From the IMG/VR virus record IMGVR_UViG_3300045116_000679, positions 3,109 to 67,108 of that record: a stretch of 64,000 bases of DNA; one strand, 5' to 3'. The notes beneath the pieces are model-generated. The model was not told the DNA's origin, ran no database searches, and saw only the letters and a program-made list of their open reading frames with translations. A program made the position numbers and the translations under genes. The stretch comes from a virus. Position 1 is the first letter of the stretch. Every line of letters begins with the position of its first letter. Positions 27,179 to 36,857 of this stretch are shown one piece after another.

Positions 27179-28619
27179 GGACGAGGCGCGCCGGATCGCG
27201 GAGGATGCCGAGCGGATCCGCGCGCGCTGCACGACGCTTCAGGGCTTCGTCCGCGAGGCGTGGCACATCCTCGAACCCCGGACGCCCTACGTCCACGGCT
27301 GGCACATCGATGCGATCTGCGACCACCTCCAGGCGGTCACTCGGGGCGAGATCAACCGGCTCCTGATCAACGTCCCGCCCGGCTCGTCCAAGAGCCTCCT
27401 CGCCTCCGTGCTCTGGCAGGCGTGGGAATGGGGCCCGGCCGGCCTCGCCTCGATGCGCTACCTGACGACGGCCTTCAACGACGGCCCGGTCAAGCGCGAC
27501 ACCCGCAAGGCCCGCGACCTGATCGGCTCGGACTGGTACCGGGCGCTCTGGCCGGAGGTGAGGCTGACCCGCACCGCGGAGATGAGCTTCGCCAACAGCC
27601 GGACCGGCACCCGCGAAGGAGTCGCGTTCCCCAGCCTGACGTCGCAGCGCGGCGACCGGCTCATCATCGACGACCCGCATTCGACCGAGACGGCCGAGAG
27701 CCCGGCCGAGCGGCTCAAGACCACCAGGCGGTTCCGCGAGGGCGCGGTCAACCGGCTCAACGACCAGGAGCGGAGCGCGATCGTCGTCATCATGCAGCGC
27801 CTGCACGAGGACGACGTCTCCGGCACCATCCTCAAGCACGGCATGGGGTACACGCACCTCTGCCTGCCGATGGAGTTCGAGCCTGACCGACGGTGCGTGA
27901 CCACCATCGGCTTCCGGGACCCGCGCACCGCCGCGGACGAGCTGCTCGACCCGGCCCGCTTCCCGGCGGCGACGGTCCGGCAGCTGCAGAACGACATGGG
28001 CAGCTACGCCTACGCCGGGCAGTACCAGCAGCGGCCGGCGCCGCGCGAGGGCGGGCTGTTCAAGCGGCACTGGTTCCCGATCGAGCGCGCCGCGCCCGCC
28101 GGGTGTACCTGGGTCAGGGCGTGGGACTTGGCGGCGAGCGAGGCCAAGGCCGGGAGCCAGCCGGCCTTCACGTGCGGCCTGCGGATCGGGCGGTCACCGG
28201 CCGGCCGCTACTTCATCGACGACGTCCGCCGCGATCGGCTCTCCCCCGGCAAGGTCGAGGAGCTGATCAAGAGGACCGCCCAGCAGGATCAAGCCGCGCG
28301 GCCCGGCTGCCGGATCTCCCTGCCGCAGGACCCGGGGCAGGCCGGCAAGGCGCAGGCGCAGTACCTCGTCGGTCAGCTCGCCGGGTTCGTCGTTCGGGCC
28401 ACGCCCGAGAGCGGCGACAAGGTCACCCGCGCCGAGCCCGTGTCCGCCCAGGCCGAGGCCGGCAACATCGTCCTGATCGAGGGGGCCTGGAATGAAGCGT
28501 TTCTCGATGAGGTCTCGTCGTTTCCAAGCGGCAGCTTCAAGGATCAGGTCGACGCACTCAGCCGCGGCTTCGGTGAGCTCGCGAAGCCGGCCTACGGGCT
28601 ACTAGGGGTCCTCGACTGA
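27135..28619 (+). CDS. Terminase large subunit
   Basis: INVPPGSSKS, IIDDPH, IMQRLHEDD, YQQRP, WDLA, KDQVDALS. Confidence 0.95.
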   Translation: MMAALRAEKARRAREDEARRIAEDAERIRARCTTLQGFVREAWHILEPRTPYVHGWHIDAICDHLQAVTRGEINRLLINVPPGSSKSLLASVLWQAWEWGPAGLASMRYLTTAFNDGPVKRDTRKARDLIGSDWYRALWPEVRLTRTAEMSFANSRTGTREGVAFPSLTSQRGDRLIIDDPHSTETAESPAERLKTTRRFREGAVNRLNDQERSAIVVIMQRLHEDDVSGTILKHGMGYTHLCLPMEFEPDRRCVTTIGFRDPRTAADELLDPARFPAATVRQLQNDMGSYAYAGQYQQRPAPREGGLFKRHWFPIERAAPAGCTWVRAWDLAASEAKAGSQPAFTCGLRIGRSPAGRYFIDDVRRDRLSPGKVEELIKRTAQQDQAARPGCRISLPQDPGQAGKAQAQYLVGQLAGFVVRATPESGDKVTRAEPVSAQAEAGNIVLIEGAWNEAFLDEVSSFPSGSFKDQVDALSRGFGELAKPAYGLLGVLD

Positions 28620-30490
28620 TGTGGTTCGTCGACACCTTCAAGAATTTGCTCTCCGGGCTCGGGACGGCCCGGGACAAGGCGAGCGCGAATGTGCACGTCT
28701 TCGTCCCGCGCACGCCGGACCAGATCCTGGCCGCCTACCGCGGCAACTGGATCGCCCGGAAGATCGTCGACATCGTGCCCTTCGACGAGCTGCGCGAGTG
28801 GCGCGCGTGGCAGGCCAAGCCGGCCGAAGTCCAGGCGATCGAAGAGGCCGAGAAGACGCTGCGCATCCCCGAGATCCTGCTGCGCGCGCGGCGGCTCGCA
28901 CGCCTTCAGGGTGGCTCGGTCATCGTCATCGGGGACGGGCAGACGGATCAGACCGTCCCGCTCGACCCGAAGCGGCTCAAGCAGGGCGGGATCAAGTGGC
29001 TGGCCGTGTTCGGCCGCTACGAGATCACCCCCGGTGAGCCGATCCGCGACCCGGCCTCGCCCTGGTTCGGCGAGCCGAGAATGTGGGAGCTGAACACCGA
29101 CGCCGGTCCTCAGCGCATCCACCCGTCCCGCGTCGTGCGTCTCGTAGGCGCCCCGATCCTCGAGGCGAACCACCTGGCGACCGAGCAGGGGTGGGGCGAC
29201 AGCATCCTGCAAGCCGTCTTCGACGCCGTCGATCAGGCGACCTCGTCCGCCGGCTACGTCAACGCGATGCTGCCCGAGGCCAAGCAGGATGTGATCTTCG
29301 TCCCCGGCCTCTCGACGCACCTCTCGACGGCGGCCGGGACGGCGGCTCTGACGAAGCGGTTCGAGTACGCCGCGCAGACGAAATCCGTGCTCGGGATGCT
29401 CCTCCTAGAAGGCGATGGTCGCTCGCCGGAGGGCGAGGTCTACCAGCAGAAGCAGCTCTCGTTCACGGGTCTGCCAGACGTCGTGCGGATGTTCCTGATG
29501 ATCGCCTCGGCCGCCGCGGACGTCCCGGCGACCCGGCTCCTCGGCCAGTCGCCGCAGGGGCTCAACGCGACCGGGGACTCTGACACCCGGAACTATTACG
29601 ACCACGTCGCCGCCCGGCAGAAGGTCGAGCTGACGCCCGCAATCGCGCGCCTCGACGAGTACCTGATCATCCACGCGCTCGGCACGCGCCCGCCTGAGAT
29701 CTGGTACGAGTGGCGCCCCCTCTACCAGCCGAGCCTCAAGGAACGGGCCGACGCCTTCCAGACCGTCGCCAATGCCATCGGGTCGCTCGCGACCGCGGCC
29801 GTCATGCCGGACGAGGTCCTGGCCGAGGGCGTGAAGGGCTGGGCGCAGGACAGCGGGTTGCTGCCGGGCATCGACGCCGCCTATCGGCGGGTCGGGACTC
29901 TCGTGCCGCGCCAGGGGAGCGAAGACGACCTCGGGCCGGACGGCCGGCCGATCGCCGGCAGCGGCCGGGATCCTGAGGGCGAGGACGAGCGCGGCAACGT
30001 GGTCCCCTTCCGGCGGGTCGTCGGCGACGCCACGCCGCGCACCCTCTACGTCTCGCGCAAGCTCAAGAACGGCGACGATCTGCTCGCCTGGGCGCGCAGC
30101 CAGGGCTTCACCGACCTGATGCCGGCCGGCGAGTTGCACGTCACGATCGCCTACAGCCGCACGCCGCTCGACTGGATGAAGGCCGGGCAGACCTGGCAGG
30201 GCGAGGAGCTGAAGATCAGCGCCGGTGGCCCGCGCGTCATCGAGCGGTTCGGCGAGGCGACCGTCCTTCTGTTCGCCTCGGACGAACTACGGTGGCGCTG
30301 GCAGGAGATCCGGGACGCGGGCGCCTCGTGGGATCATCCCGAGTATCAGCCGCACGTCACCTTCACGTGGGCGGCCGGGAACGTCGATCTGTCCAAGGTC
30401 CAACCGTACAACGGTCCGCTGATTTTGGGCCCCGAGATCTTCGAACCGGTCGATGAGGACTGGCGGGCCAAGATCGAGGCCGCCGAGTAG
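28619..30490 (+). CDS. Portal protein (DUF1073) with C-terminal 2H-phosphoesterase (Acb1/T4 gp57B-like) domain
   Basis: WIARKIVDIV, RIHPSRV, VPATRLLGQSPQGLNATG; C-terminal HVTIAYS and YQPHVTF (two HxT motifs). Confidence 0.88.
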   Translation: MWFVDTFKNLLSGLGTARDKASANVHVFVPRTPDQILAAYRGNWIARKIVDIVPFDELREWRAWQAKPAEVQAIEEAEKTLRIPEILLRARRLARLQGGSVIVIGDGQTDQTVPLDPKRLKQGGIKWLAVFGRYEITPGEPIRDPASPWFGEPRMWELNTDAGPQRIHPSRVVRLVGAPILEANHLATEQGWGDSILQAVFDAVDQATSSAGYVNAMLPEAKQDVIFVPGLSTHLSTAAGTAALTKRFEYAAQTKSVLGMLLLEGDGRSPEGEVYQQKQLSFTGLPDVVRMFLMIASAAADVPATRLLGQSPQGLNATGDSDTRNYYDHVAARQKVELTPAIARLDEYLIIHALGTRPPEIWYEWRPLYQPSLKERADAFQTVANAIGSLATAAVMPDEVLAEGVKGWAQDSGLLPGIDAAYRRVGTLVPRQGSEDDLGPDGRPIAGSGRDPEGEDERGNVVPFRRVVGDATPRTLYVSRKLKNGDDLLAWARSQGFTDLMPAGELHVTIAYSRTPLDWMKAGQTWQGEELKISAGGPRVIERFGEATVLLFASDELRWRWQEIRDAGASWDHPEYQPHVTFTWAAGNVDLSKVQPYNGPLILGPEIFEPVDEDWRAKIEAAE

Positions 30491-30511
30491 GCGGTCGGCG
30501 CCGAAAACTGG

Positions 30512-30541
30512 GTTTCCGGCAGTTTCCGGCAGTTTCCGGCG
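30512..30541 (+). repeat. 3 x 10-bp tandem repeat GTTTCCGGCA
   Basis: Directly visible, immediately upstream of TTGACA (30550-30555). Confidence 0.85.
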
Positions 30542-30605
30542 GGTACCCCTTGACACCGACCAATCCCGATAGCGCGCCGCAGCTTTGCTCGGCCCAGGAG
30601 CCACC

Positions 30606-30956
30606 ATGAGCCACGTCGACAGCGCCTCGGACGACCGCACCGCCAACAACGCCGTACGCCACCAGTACCGGGTCCTGAGCGAGGACGAGAAGGCGAAGAT
30701 GGTCGCCGTCAAGGATGCCGGGGCGGCGTTCCTGACGCTGCTCGACAGTCTCGCGACGCCTCCGGTGCCCGTCGAGGGTCAGCCCGGCATGGCGATGGGC
30801 ACCTTCGACCGCGAGCTGCACATCGCCCGCGAGCGGATCGAGGAAGCGACCATGTGGGCGGTTAAGCACATTACGGCTGATCGTCCCAAGGGCCGTGTGT
30901 CCGACCCGGCCCCGGCCGATACCGGCGGCGTCAGCCTGCGCCCGGCAGGCGCCTGA
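30606..30956 (+). CDS. Acb2/Tad1-like nucleotide-sponge family protein
   Basis: YRVLSEDEKAKMVAVKDAGAAF (cf. Acb2 YRDLSQEEIDMMNRVKELG) and RELHIARERIEEATMWAVKHIT. Confidence 0.72.
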   Translation: MSHVDSASDDRTANNAVRHQYRVLSEDEKAKMVAVKDAGAAFLTLLDSLATPPVPVEGQPGMAMGTFDRELHIARERIEEATMWAVKHITADRPKGRVSDPAPADTGGVSLRPAGA

Positions 30957-30961
30957 CCGCG

Positions 30962-31231
30962 ATGCGGATCTCGGTCGACGAGCGCGACCCCGGGCACCGG
31001 CTCCATGCCGAGGCCAAAGCCCAGGGCATCGACTTCATCGTGACGCTCGACGGCGTGCGGCAGCTCGAAGCCATCACCGCCGACGACCTGAGCGGCGAGG
31101 TTGTCCGGCACGCGGTCGACGCGCTCGGCAACCTGAAGCTCGATCCGGCCCGGCCCGGGGAGGCGTTGCGCGAGACCGTTCGCGGCCGCGTCCGGATCAT
31201 CCGCAAGCACCCGTACTGGCGCCAGGACTAA
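30962..31231 (+). CDS. Hypothetical protein
   Basis: 89-aa ORF coupled to next gene (TAATG). Confidence 0.65.
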   Translation: MRISVDERDPGHRLHAEAKAQGIDFIVTLDGVRQLEAITADDLSGEVVRHAVDALGNLKLDPARPGEALRETVRGRVRIIRKHPYWRQD

Positions 31232-32031
31232 TGCGCTACGACCTCGCCGCCTTGGCCCGCCGCCGGGGCGTCCGCCGCAAGGCCATCGTGTTCCGCCCGA
31301 TCGAGCCGACGCAGGCTCTGGCCGGGCTCCTGGCGGCGATCGGCGAGGATCTGGTGCGCGAGGCCGAGACCGGCATCCGTGAGGCGCTGCTACCCGTCTA
31401 CGCGCCGCGGCCGGTGCTCACGCAGGACGATACCGCGAGCACCGTCGGGGACGCCCTGGCGACGGTCGCGACCGGCCTGAGGCGCCTCGCGCTGATGATC
31501 GGCCCCAAGGTCCGGGAATGGGCCGTCAGGGTCGAGGAGTGGCACCGCCCGCGGTTCGCGGCCGGCGTGAGGGCGGGCACCGGTGCGGACGTCGTTGCCT
31601 TCCTGACCGCGCCGGACGCCGAGGATCAGGTCTCTGCCGCGGCCGAGTGGGCGGCATCGCTCATCACCAGCCTGAGCGAGGACCTGCAGAAGGAAGTCGC
31701 CTCGCTCACCTGGGCGGCCTACGCGCAGCAGACCCCGCGCGAAGAACTGGCCAAGCAGCTGCAGGAGCGCCTCGGGATCGCGCACAACCGCGCCCGGTTC
31801 ATCGCCCGGGACCAGACGACGAAGCTCGCCGCCGCGCTCGACCGGATGCGCCAGCAGGAAGCGGGCATGGACCGATACCGCTGGCGCCACTCCGGGAAGC
31901 TGCACCCCCGGCCCGAGCACGTCGCCCGGGACGGCAAGATCTTCCGCTGGTCGGATCCACCGGCCGGCGGGCACCCCGGCACGGAGCCGAACTGCGGCTG
32001 CCGTGCGCAGGCTTACCTCTCACTGGACTGA
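31231..32031 (+). CDS. Head morphogenesis protein (Mu gpF/SPP1 gp7)
   Basis: RARFIARDQTTK...RPEHVARDGKIFRW...HPGTEPNCGC. Confidence 0.9.
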   Translation: MRYDLAALARRRGVRRKAIVFRPIEPTQALAGLLAAIGEDLVREAETGIREALLPVYAPRPVLTQDDTASTVGDALATVATGLRRLALMIGPKVREWAVRVEEWHRPRFAAGVRAGTGADVVAFLTAPDAEDQVSAAAEWAASLITSLSEDLQKEVASLTWAAYAQQTPREELAKQLQERLGIAHNRARFIARDQTTKLAAALDRMRQQEAGMDRYRWRHSGKLHPRPEHVARDGKIFRWSDPPAGGHPGTEPNCGCRAQAYLSLD

Positions 32032-32035
32032 CCCC

Positions 32036-32545
32036 ATGCTGCGAACCCCTCGCCTACTCGCCAGCGCCTTGCTGGTGCTGACGCTCGTCGCGGGCTCGGC
32101 TGGTGCCCGCCAGTATCTGAACTCAGGGGGCCGCGGCGAGGTCTCTCAGGGCGTCGTGCCAGAGGTCGGCGACGCGGCGGTCAGCGCCTCGAACCCGCTG
32201 CCCGTTACGATGTCGTCGGGCGGCACCACCACCTCGGGCGCCCTGCAACCGCCCACCGCGGCCGCCGGCAAGATCGTCGCCACCTCCGTTGCGCTGACGT
32301 CCAACACCTCGACGCAGCTCGTGGCGGCCAACGTCGAGCGCATCGGGGTTGAGATCCAGTGTGACGGCACCGGCGTGGTCGGGGTCTCGCGCACTGGCGC
32401 GACGCTCACCAGCGCCACAGCCGCGCCCCTGGTCATCCCGAGCGGGTCGTATCCGCTCTACACCATGCCGATCGCCACCCTCACCGCGATCACCGCATAC
32501 ACCGGCACGGCGCAGACCTGCCGCGTCACGGAGTACCTGCGTTGA
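32036..32545 (+). CDS. Signal-peptide-bearing beta-rich protein (putative virion decoration)
   Basis: MLRTPRLLASALLVLTLVAGSAGA-RQ. Confidence 0.7.
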   Translation: MLRTPRLLASALLVLTLVAGSAGARQYLNSGGRGEVSQGVVPEVGDAAVSASNPLPVTMSSGGTTTSGALQPPTAAAGKIVATSVALTSNTSTQLVAANVERIGVEIQCDGTGVVGVSRTGATLTSATAAPLVIPSGSYPLYTMPIATLTAITAYTGTAQTCRVTEYLR

Positions 32546-33885
32546 TGCTGCGTCGCGTCGTCCTCGCGCTCTGCGGACTGCTGGTCGCGACCGCGGCCGG
32601 CGCGCAGATCCTCCCCGGCCGCAGCCCAGGCTTCAGGTCGGGCTTCCAGTTCATCGGCGCTGGCGGCTTCCCCACGCCCGGCGCCGTGGTCGACTACGAC
32701 TTCCGGAACGACCGCTACACCGGCCCGGCGATCTCGGTCACGCGCTCATCGGCGGCCTATGTCGATGACGCTGCCGGCAACTGGACGCTCGTCCCGGCGA
32801 ACACCCTGCGGCGGTCCAACAAGGGCGCCCTGATCGAAGGCGCGCAGACGAACGCGATCCGCAACAACTCCATGCAGGGCGCCGTGGTCGGGAGCCCTGG
32901 GACGCTGCCGACGAATTGGGGCCTTACCTCGGGCGGGCTGACACTTTCCGTTGTCGGCATTGGCACAGAAAGTGGCATTGATTATATCGATGTCCGATTC
33001 AGCGGTACGCCTTCAAACACCTTTGCCCAGCTCTTCTTTGAGACGAGCACAGGGGTGGCTGCGGCTGCTGGGCAGATTTGGACCGCATCATTCTTCCATA
33101 AACTAGTTGGCGGATCGTTAGCGAATATCTCTGCTATTAACTGCCAGTCTGCAATAATTGGCGGCTCAGGAAGTGTCTCTGTCCCATTGGCGCCTGGAAT
33201 GTCCGCCCTGGGGCAGAATAGAGCATCCGCCACGGCTACTGCTGGCGCGGGTGCGACGAATGCGCGACCGGCGATGTCGTTGGCGCTGACCGTTGGCGCC
33301 GCGGTGGACTTCACCGTCCGCATCGGCTGGCCCCAGCTAGAGCAATGGTCAACGAGCGTCACGTCGGTCGGCGGCGCGTCCTCGCCCATCCGCACCACCG
33401 GGGTGGCAGCGACCAGGGCGGCCGATGTGGTGACTGGAGTACTTACATCCGCTTTGAGCACGCTGTCATTGGCTGGTGTCGTGCAGCCGATTATCCCGAC
33501 ACTTTCAGGCGGAATTCTGCGGGTTGGGACGGCGAGTGATCGCATAGATATCAGGGCGAGTTCAACTACGGGCGCCGCTTTCCAAGCGCAGCCCGTGGTC
33601 GGCAGTGCGGCGCAGGCGCAGCTCAATGCTGCGGCCGGGTCGTTGCCGGCAGCTACACGCAATGCGTTTGCTTACGCAGGCACGAGTGGCGATCAAGCGG
33701 CGTCGATTGCGGGAGGCGCTATTGTCTCCAACGCTCCCGCATTATTCCCCACGGCTACTGCGCTGACGGTGGGAGGCGGCGGGCAGCCTTGGAACGGCTA
33801 CATCGAACGCCTCGTCATCTATTCGGCCCGTCCGTCGAACGCACAGCTGCAGACCCTGTCCACCCTTTCGAATTGGGGCGGCTGA
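32545..33885 (+). CDS. Signal-peptide-bearing head-spike/fibre-like protein (LamG/CBM-like)
   Basis: MLRRVVLALCGLLVATAAGA-Q; VTRSSAAY.D...GALIEGAQTN and ATRAADV motifs typical of phage spike-fibre proteins. Confidence 0.7.
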   Translation: MLRRVVLALCGLLVATAAGAQILPGRSPGFRSGFQFIGAGGFPTPGAVVDYDFRNDRYTGPAISVTRSSAAYVDDAAGNWTLVPANTLRRSNKGALIEGAQTNAIRNNSMQGAVVGSPGTLPTNWGLTSGGLTLSVVGIGTESGIDYIDVRFSGTPSNTFAQLFFETSTGVAAAAGQIWTASFFHKLVGGSLANISAINCQSAIIGGSGSVSVPLAPGMSALGQNRASATATAGAGATNARPAMSLALTVGAAVDFTVRIGWPQLEQWSTSVTSVGGASSPIRTTGVAATRAADVVTGVLTSALSTLSLAGVVQPIIPTLSGGILRVGTASDRIDIRASSTTGAAFQAQPVVGSAAQAQLNAAAGSLPAATRNAFAYAGTSGDQAASIAGGAIVSNAPALFPTATALTVGGGGQPWNGYIERLVIYSARPSNAQLQTLSTLSNWGG

Positions 33886-34301
33886 TGATGCGCGACCTCC
33901 TCTTCCGCTTCTCCGACGAGGCATCCGCACATGCTGCCCTCGACCCGCTCGGGTTCGGGTCGGCCGAGGGATGGGACCAGTCGCGTGTGCTGCCCGTCTC
34001 GCTGATGGTCGACTGGATGCCCGGTCCGGTCGACCCGGAGACGGGCGTCCCGACCAAGATCCCGGTCCGCGCGGAGGGCTACTGGATCGTGGTCTCCGTC
34101 GCCGGCGACACGGACGCGCTCTATGCGATCCCGGAGTGCATGCGCGAGGCCGACCGCGAGGCGGCGGAGCGGCACGAGCCGTATGTCATCCGCGAGCGCT
34201 TCACCGCCGAGCAGCTGGCCGTGCCGTGGTCGATCACGCCGCAATGGTGTGGTGTCCAGTACCGCCATCCGCAGGATCCCCCCGCCGATGCTGCGTCGTA
34301 G
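33885..34301 (+). CDS. Hypothetical protein (possible fibre chaperone)
   Basis: MMRDLLFRFSDEASA; coupled to fibre gene. Confidence 0.65.
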   Translation: MMRDLLFRFSDEASAHAALDPLGFGSAEGWDQSRVLPVSLMVDWMPGPVDPETGVPTKIPVRAEGYWIVVSVAGDTDALYAIPECMREADREAAERHEPYVIRERFTAEQLAVPWSITPQWCGVQYRHPQDPPADAAS

Positions 34302-34716
34302 CCTGATCCTGGCCGCGCTCGCGGCCGTCCTCAGCTTCGGATCGGTCCGGGCGGGCCTCGATGTGCCGCCATCCGCGAATAGCGGCATGGTCCTGCCGAT
34401 GCCGTTCGTGCGGTCCGGCGATCCCTACTTCCTGGCCGCCGGTACGGCCCCGCGTCAGTATGAGGTTTCGCAGCCGCCCGGCACGACGAGCTACCGGTTC
34501 GTCAACCCGTGCGAGGTCGACATCCGCATCAAGACGGTTGCCAGCAAGACCGAGTCTGTGACGGCGACGACGGGCACGCGGTTCCTCGCCCGGTCGAGCG
34601 AGACCTTGGCGTCAACCGTGCCGCTGAGCAACCCGCGCATCGTCTCGATCATGACGGTGAGCGATCCCGGACCGGCGGGGTGCGTGACCGAGCTGCAGTA
34701 CGGGAACGGGACATGA
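34288..34716 (+). CDS. Signal-peptide-bearing hypothetical protein
   Basis: [23 protein letters not shown]. Confidence 0.68.
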   Translation: MLRRSLILAALAAVLSFGSVRAGLDVPPSANSGMVLPMPFVRSGDPYFLAAGTAPRQYEVSQPPGTTSYRFVNPCEVDIRIKTVASKTESVTATTGTRFLARSSETLASTVPLSNPRIVSIMTVSDPGPAGCVTELQYGNGT

Positions 34717-35546
34717 CGATGCGCCTCGTCTCGGCCGCCCTGGCCGTCGCGCTCGCGCTGACGCTCGCGCCGAGCGGCGCGGGTGCCCGCGGGATCGCCA
34801 GCCCCGGCGTCGGCCGAGCCGGCCCGCAGGGTGAGCCAGGACCTCAGGGGGAGCCCGGGGCGCGTGGCGAAAAGGGAGACAAGGGCGATGCGGGCGCGCA
34901 CGGCGCGAGAGGCGAAGCGGGACCGCAAGGACTACCCGGCCCCGCGGGTGAGCGCGGCCCGGCTGGGTCCGCTGGGGCTCAAGGTGTCCCTGGACCAGCT
35001 GGTCCGATCGGCCCGGCTGGACCGAAAGGCGAAACCGGGCCGCAGGGTCCGCAAGGCCCCCAGGGTGCCGCCGGCAGTCAGGGCGCGGTTGGACTTCCTG
35101 GTCCTGCTGGGCCGCAAGGGCTGAAGGGCGACACGGGGGCCACCGGCGCGGCGGGGGCGCAGGGGGTGCCGGGCCCTACCGGGCCGGCCGGGCCTACGGG
35201 TCCGGCTGGGGCGCCTGGACCCGCCGGCCCAACTGGCCCAACGGGTCCCACTGGCGCGGCCGGCGCTCCGAAGCGCGTCGAGCGCTACACCCGGCCGGCT
35301 AACACCTCGGGCGTGGCTACCTATACGTGGCCGGCCTGCACCGCGGAGGCCGACGTCGAGCCGATCATCGGCTGGGCGACCATCAACGGCCTGACCCAGA
35401 TGGTGACCGGCGGCGTCACCTCGCAAACCCTCTCGGGCGCAACGGTGGCGGTGAAGGTCAGCCAGGGGACGCTTGCCCTCGCGGCCAGCCCGTTCCGAGA
35501 CGCGCCGTCCGGTACTCAGCTCACCATCCGCGTGATCTGTCCATAG
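34713..35546 (+). CDS. Signal-peptide-bearing collagen-like protein
   Basis: [26 protein letters not shown] followed by about 50 Gly-X-Y triplets. Confidence 0.85.
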   Translation: MTMRLVSAALAVALALTLAPSGAGARGIASPGVGRAGPQGEPGPQGEPGARGEKGDKGDAGAHGARGEAGPQGLPGPAGERGPAGSAGAQGVPGPAGPIGPAGPKGETGPQGPQGPQGAAGSQGAVGLPGPAGPQGLKGDTGATGAAGAQGVPGPTGPAGPTGPAGAPGPAGPTGPTGPTGAAGAPKRVERYTRPANTSGVATYTWPACTAEADVEPIIGWATINGLTQMVTGGVTSQTLSGATVAVKVSQGTLALAASPFRDAPSGTQLTIRVICP

Positions 35547-35555
35547 GTCATCCCC

Positions 35556-36788
35556 ATGCAGTTCTTCGACAAGTTGAGCCTCGGCGCGCCCGCCGAGATC
35601 GCGAACGCTCGTTCGGCGCGCAACGGCTCGCTGATCGTGCAGGCTCGCGCCGCCCGGGGCGGGAATATTCAGGACTACCTCGGGGCCGAGGTCGGCCGCC
35701 CGGATCTGCCGATAGTGCGGGTCTACCGCGACGCCGACGAGGTGTTTCGGGCCGAGTCCCTGCGCACCTTCGGCCACAAGGCCGTGACGCTCGATCACCC
35801 CGCCAGCCCGGTGACCACGAAGACGTGGCGCTCGGTGGCGCGCGGGCATGTCGGCGACGAGGTCGTGCGCGACGGCGAGTTCGTGCGGATCCCCATGATG
35901 GTCGCCGATCAGGAGGCCATCGACGCCGTGCAAGGCGGCAAGCGCGAGATTTCGGTCGGGTACTCCTGCGACCTCGACTTCACCGCGGGCAAGACGGCCG
36001 ACGGCCGCGAATACGACGCCCGCCAGATCAACATCGTGGTCGACCACGTCGCGATCGTGGATCGCGGCCGCGCCGGCCCCGACTGCCGCATCGGCGATCA
36101 GCGCCCCGCCGAGGCGAAGACCATGCGGGCGCTCGATCAGCAACCCCAGCAGAAGGACCCGCGCCCTATGACCGAGCGCACCATCGTGGTCGACGGCCAC
36201 TCCATCCTCGTCTCCGACGCCGCGGCCATCGCGTTCGCCGGTCAGGCGAAGCAGATCGGCACCCTGACGGCCGACAACCTCTCGCTCACCGCGCAGCTCA
36301 ACGACGCCCGCACCGCGCACGCGCAGGCGATCACGGTCAAGGATGGCGAGATCGCCACCTTGCGCACCACCATCGAGACCAAGGATGGCGAGATCGCCGC
36401 CCTGAAGCGTCAGCTCGAAGACGCCGCGTCGCCGGCCGCTCTCGACGCCGCGCTCGTCGCCCGCGAGGCGGTGGTCTCGGTCGCCAAGATCGTCCTCGGC
36501 GACGCCTTCTCGCCGGTCGGCAAGACCGACGCCCAGATCCGCCGCGAGGTCGTCACGGCCAACCTCGGCGACGAGGCCAAGGCGATGACCGACGCCGAGA
36601 TCACCGGCGCCTTCAAGCACGCCGCGACCACCGCCAAGCCCCGCGACGTCCTGCGCGACGCGATCGCGGGCGGCGTCAAGCCCGTCGGCGGCGCCGGCAC
36701 GCAGGTTCAGGACTCTGCCTACGAGGAGCTGCGCGGCCAGTACGGCGAGGCGTGGAAGCAGCGGACCGGCACCGCGGCCGCCGCCTGA
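35556..36788 (+). CDS. Prohead protease/scaffold (DUF2213)
   Basis: VYRDADEVF, VTLDHP, KREISVGY, DHVAIVDRGRAG. Confidence 0.9.
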   Translation: MQFFDKLSLGAPAEIANARSARNGSLIVQARAARGGNIQDYLGAEVGRPDLPIVRVYRDADEVFRAESLRTFGHKAVTLDHPASPVTTKTWRSVARGHVGDEVVRDGEFVRIPMMVADQEAIDAVQGGKREISVGYSCDLDFTAGKTADGREYDARQINIVVDHVAIVDRGRAGPDCRIGDQRPAEAKTMRALDQQPQQKDPRPMTERTIVVDGHSILVSDAAAIAFAGQAKQIGTLTADNLSLTAQLNDARTAHAQAITVKDGEIATLRTTIETKDGEIAALKRQLEDAASPAALDAALVAREAVVSVAKIVLGDAFSPVGKTDAQIRREVVTANLGDEAKAMTDAEITGAFKHAATTAKPRDVLRDAIAGGVKPVGGAGTQVQDSAYEELRGQYGEAWKQRTGTAAAA

Positions 36789-36857
36789 CCGGCGGCTGAA
36801 CACCGGGGCTCCTGACGGGGCCTCTCACCCCCAACCGCAACAACGGAGACAGCGGCT

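Noticed and set aside
34810-35270. GC-rich 9-bp periodic DNA
   Set aside because: Explained by collagen Gly-X-Y coding
34932-36803. Long antisense ORFs (623 aa here; also 2059-3540, 39330-40667, 59635-60987)
   Set aside because: Typical high-GC shadow frames opposite well-supported genes
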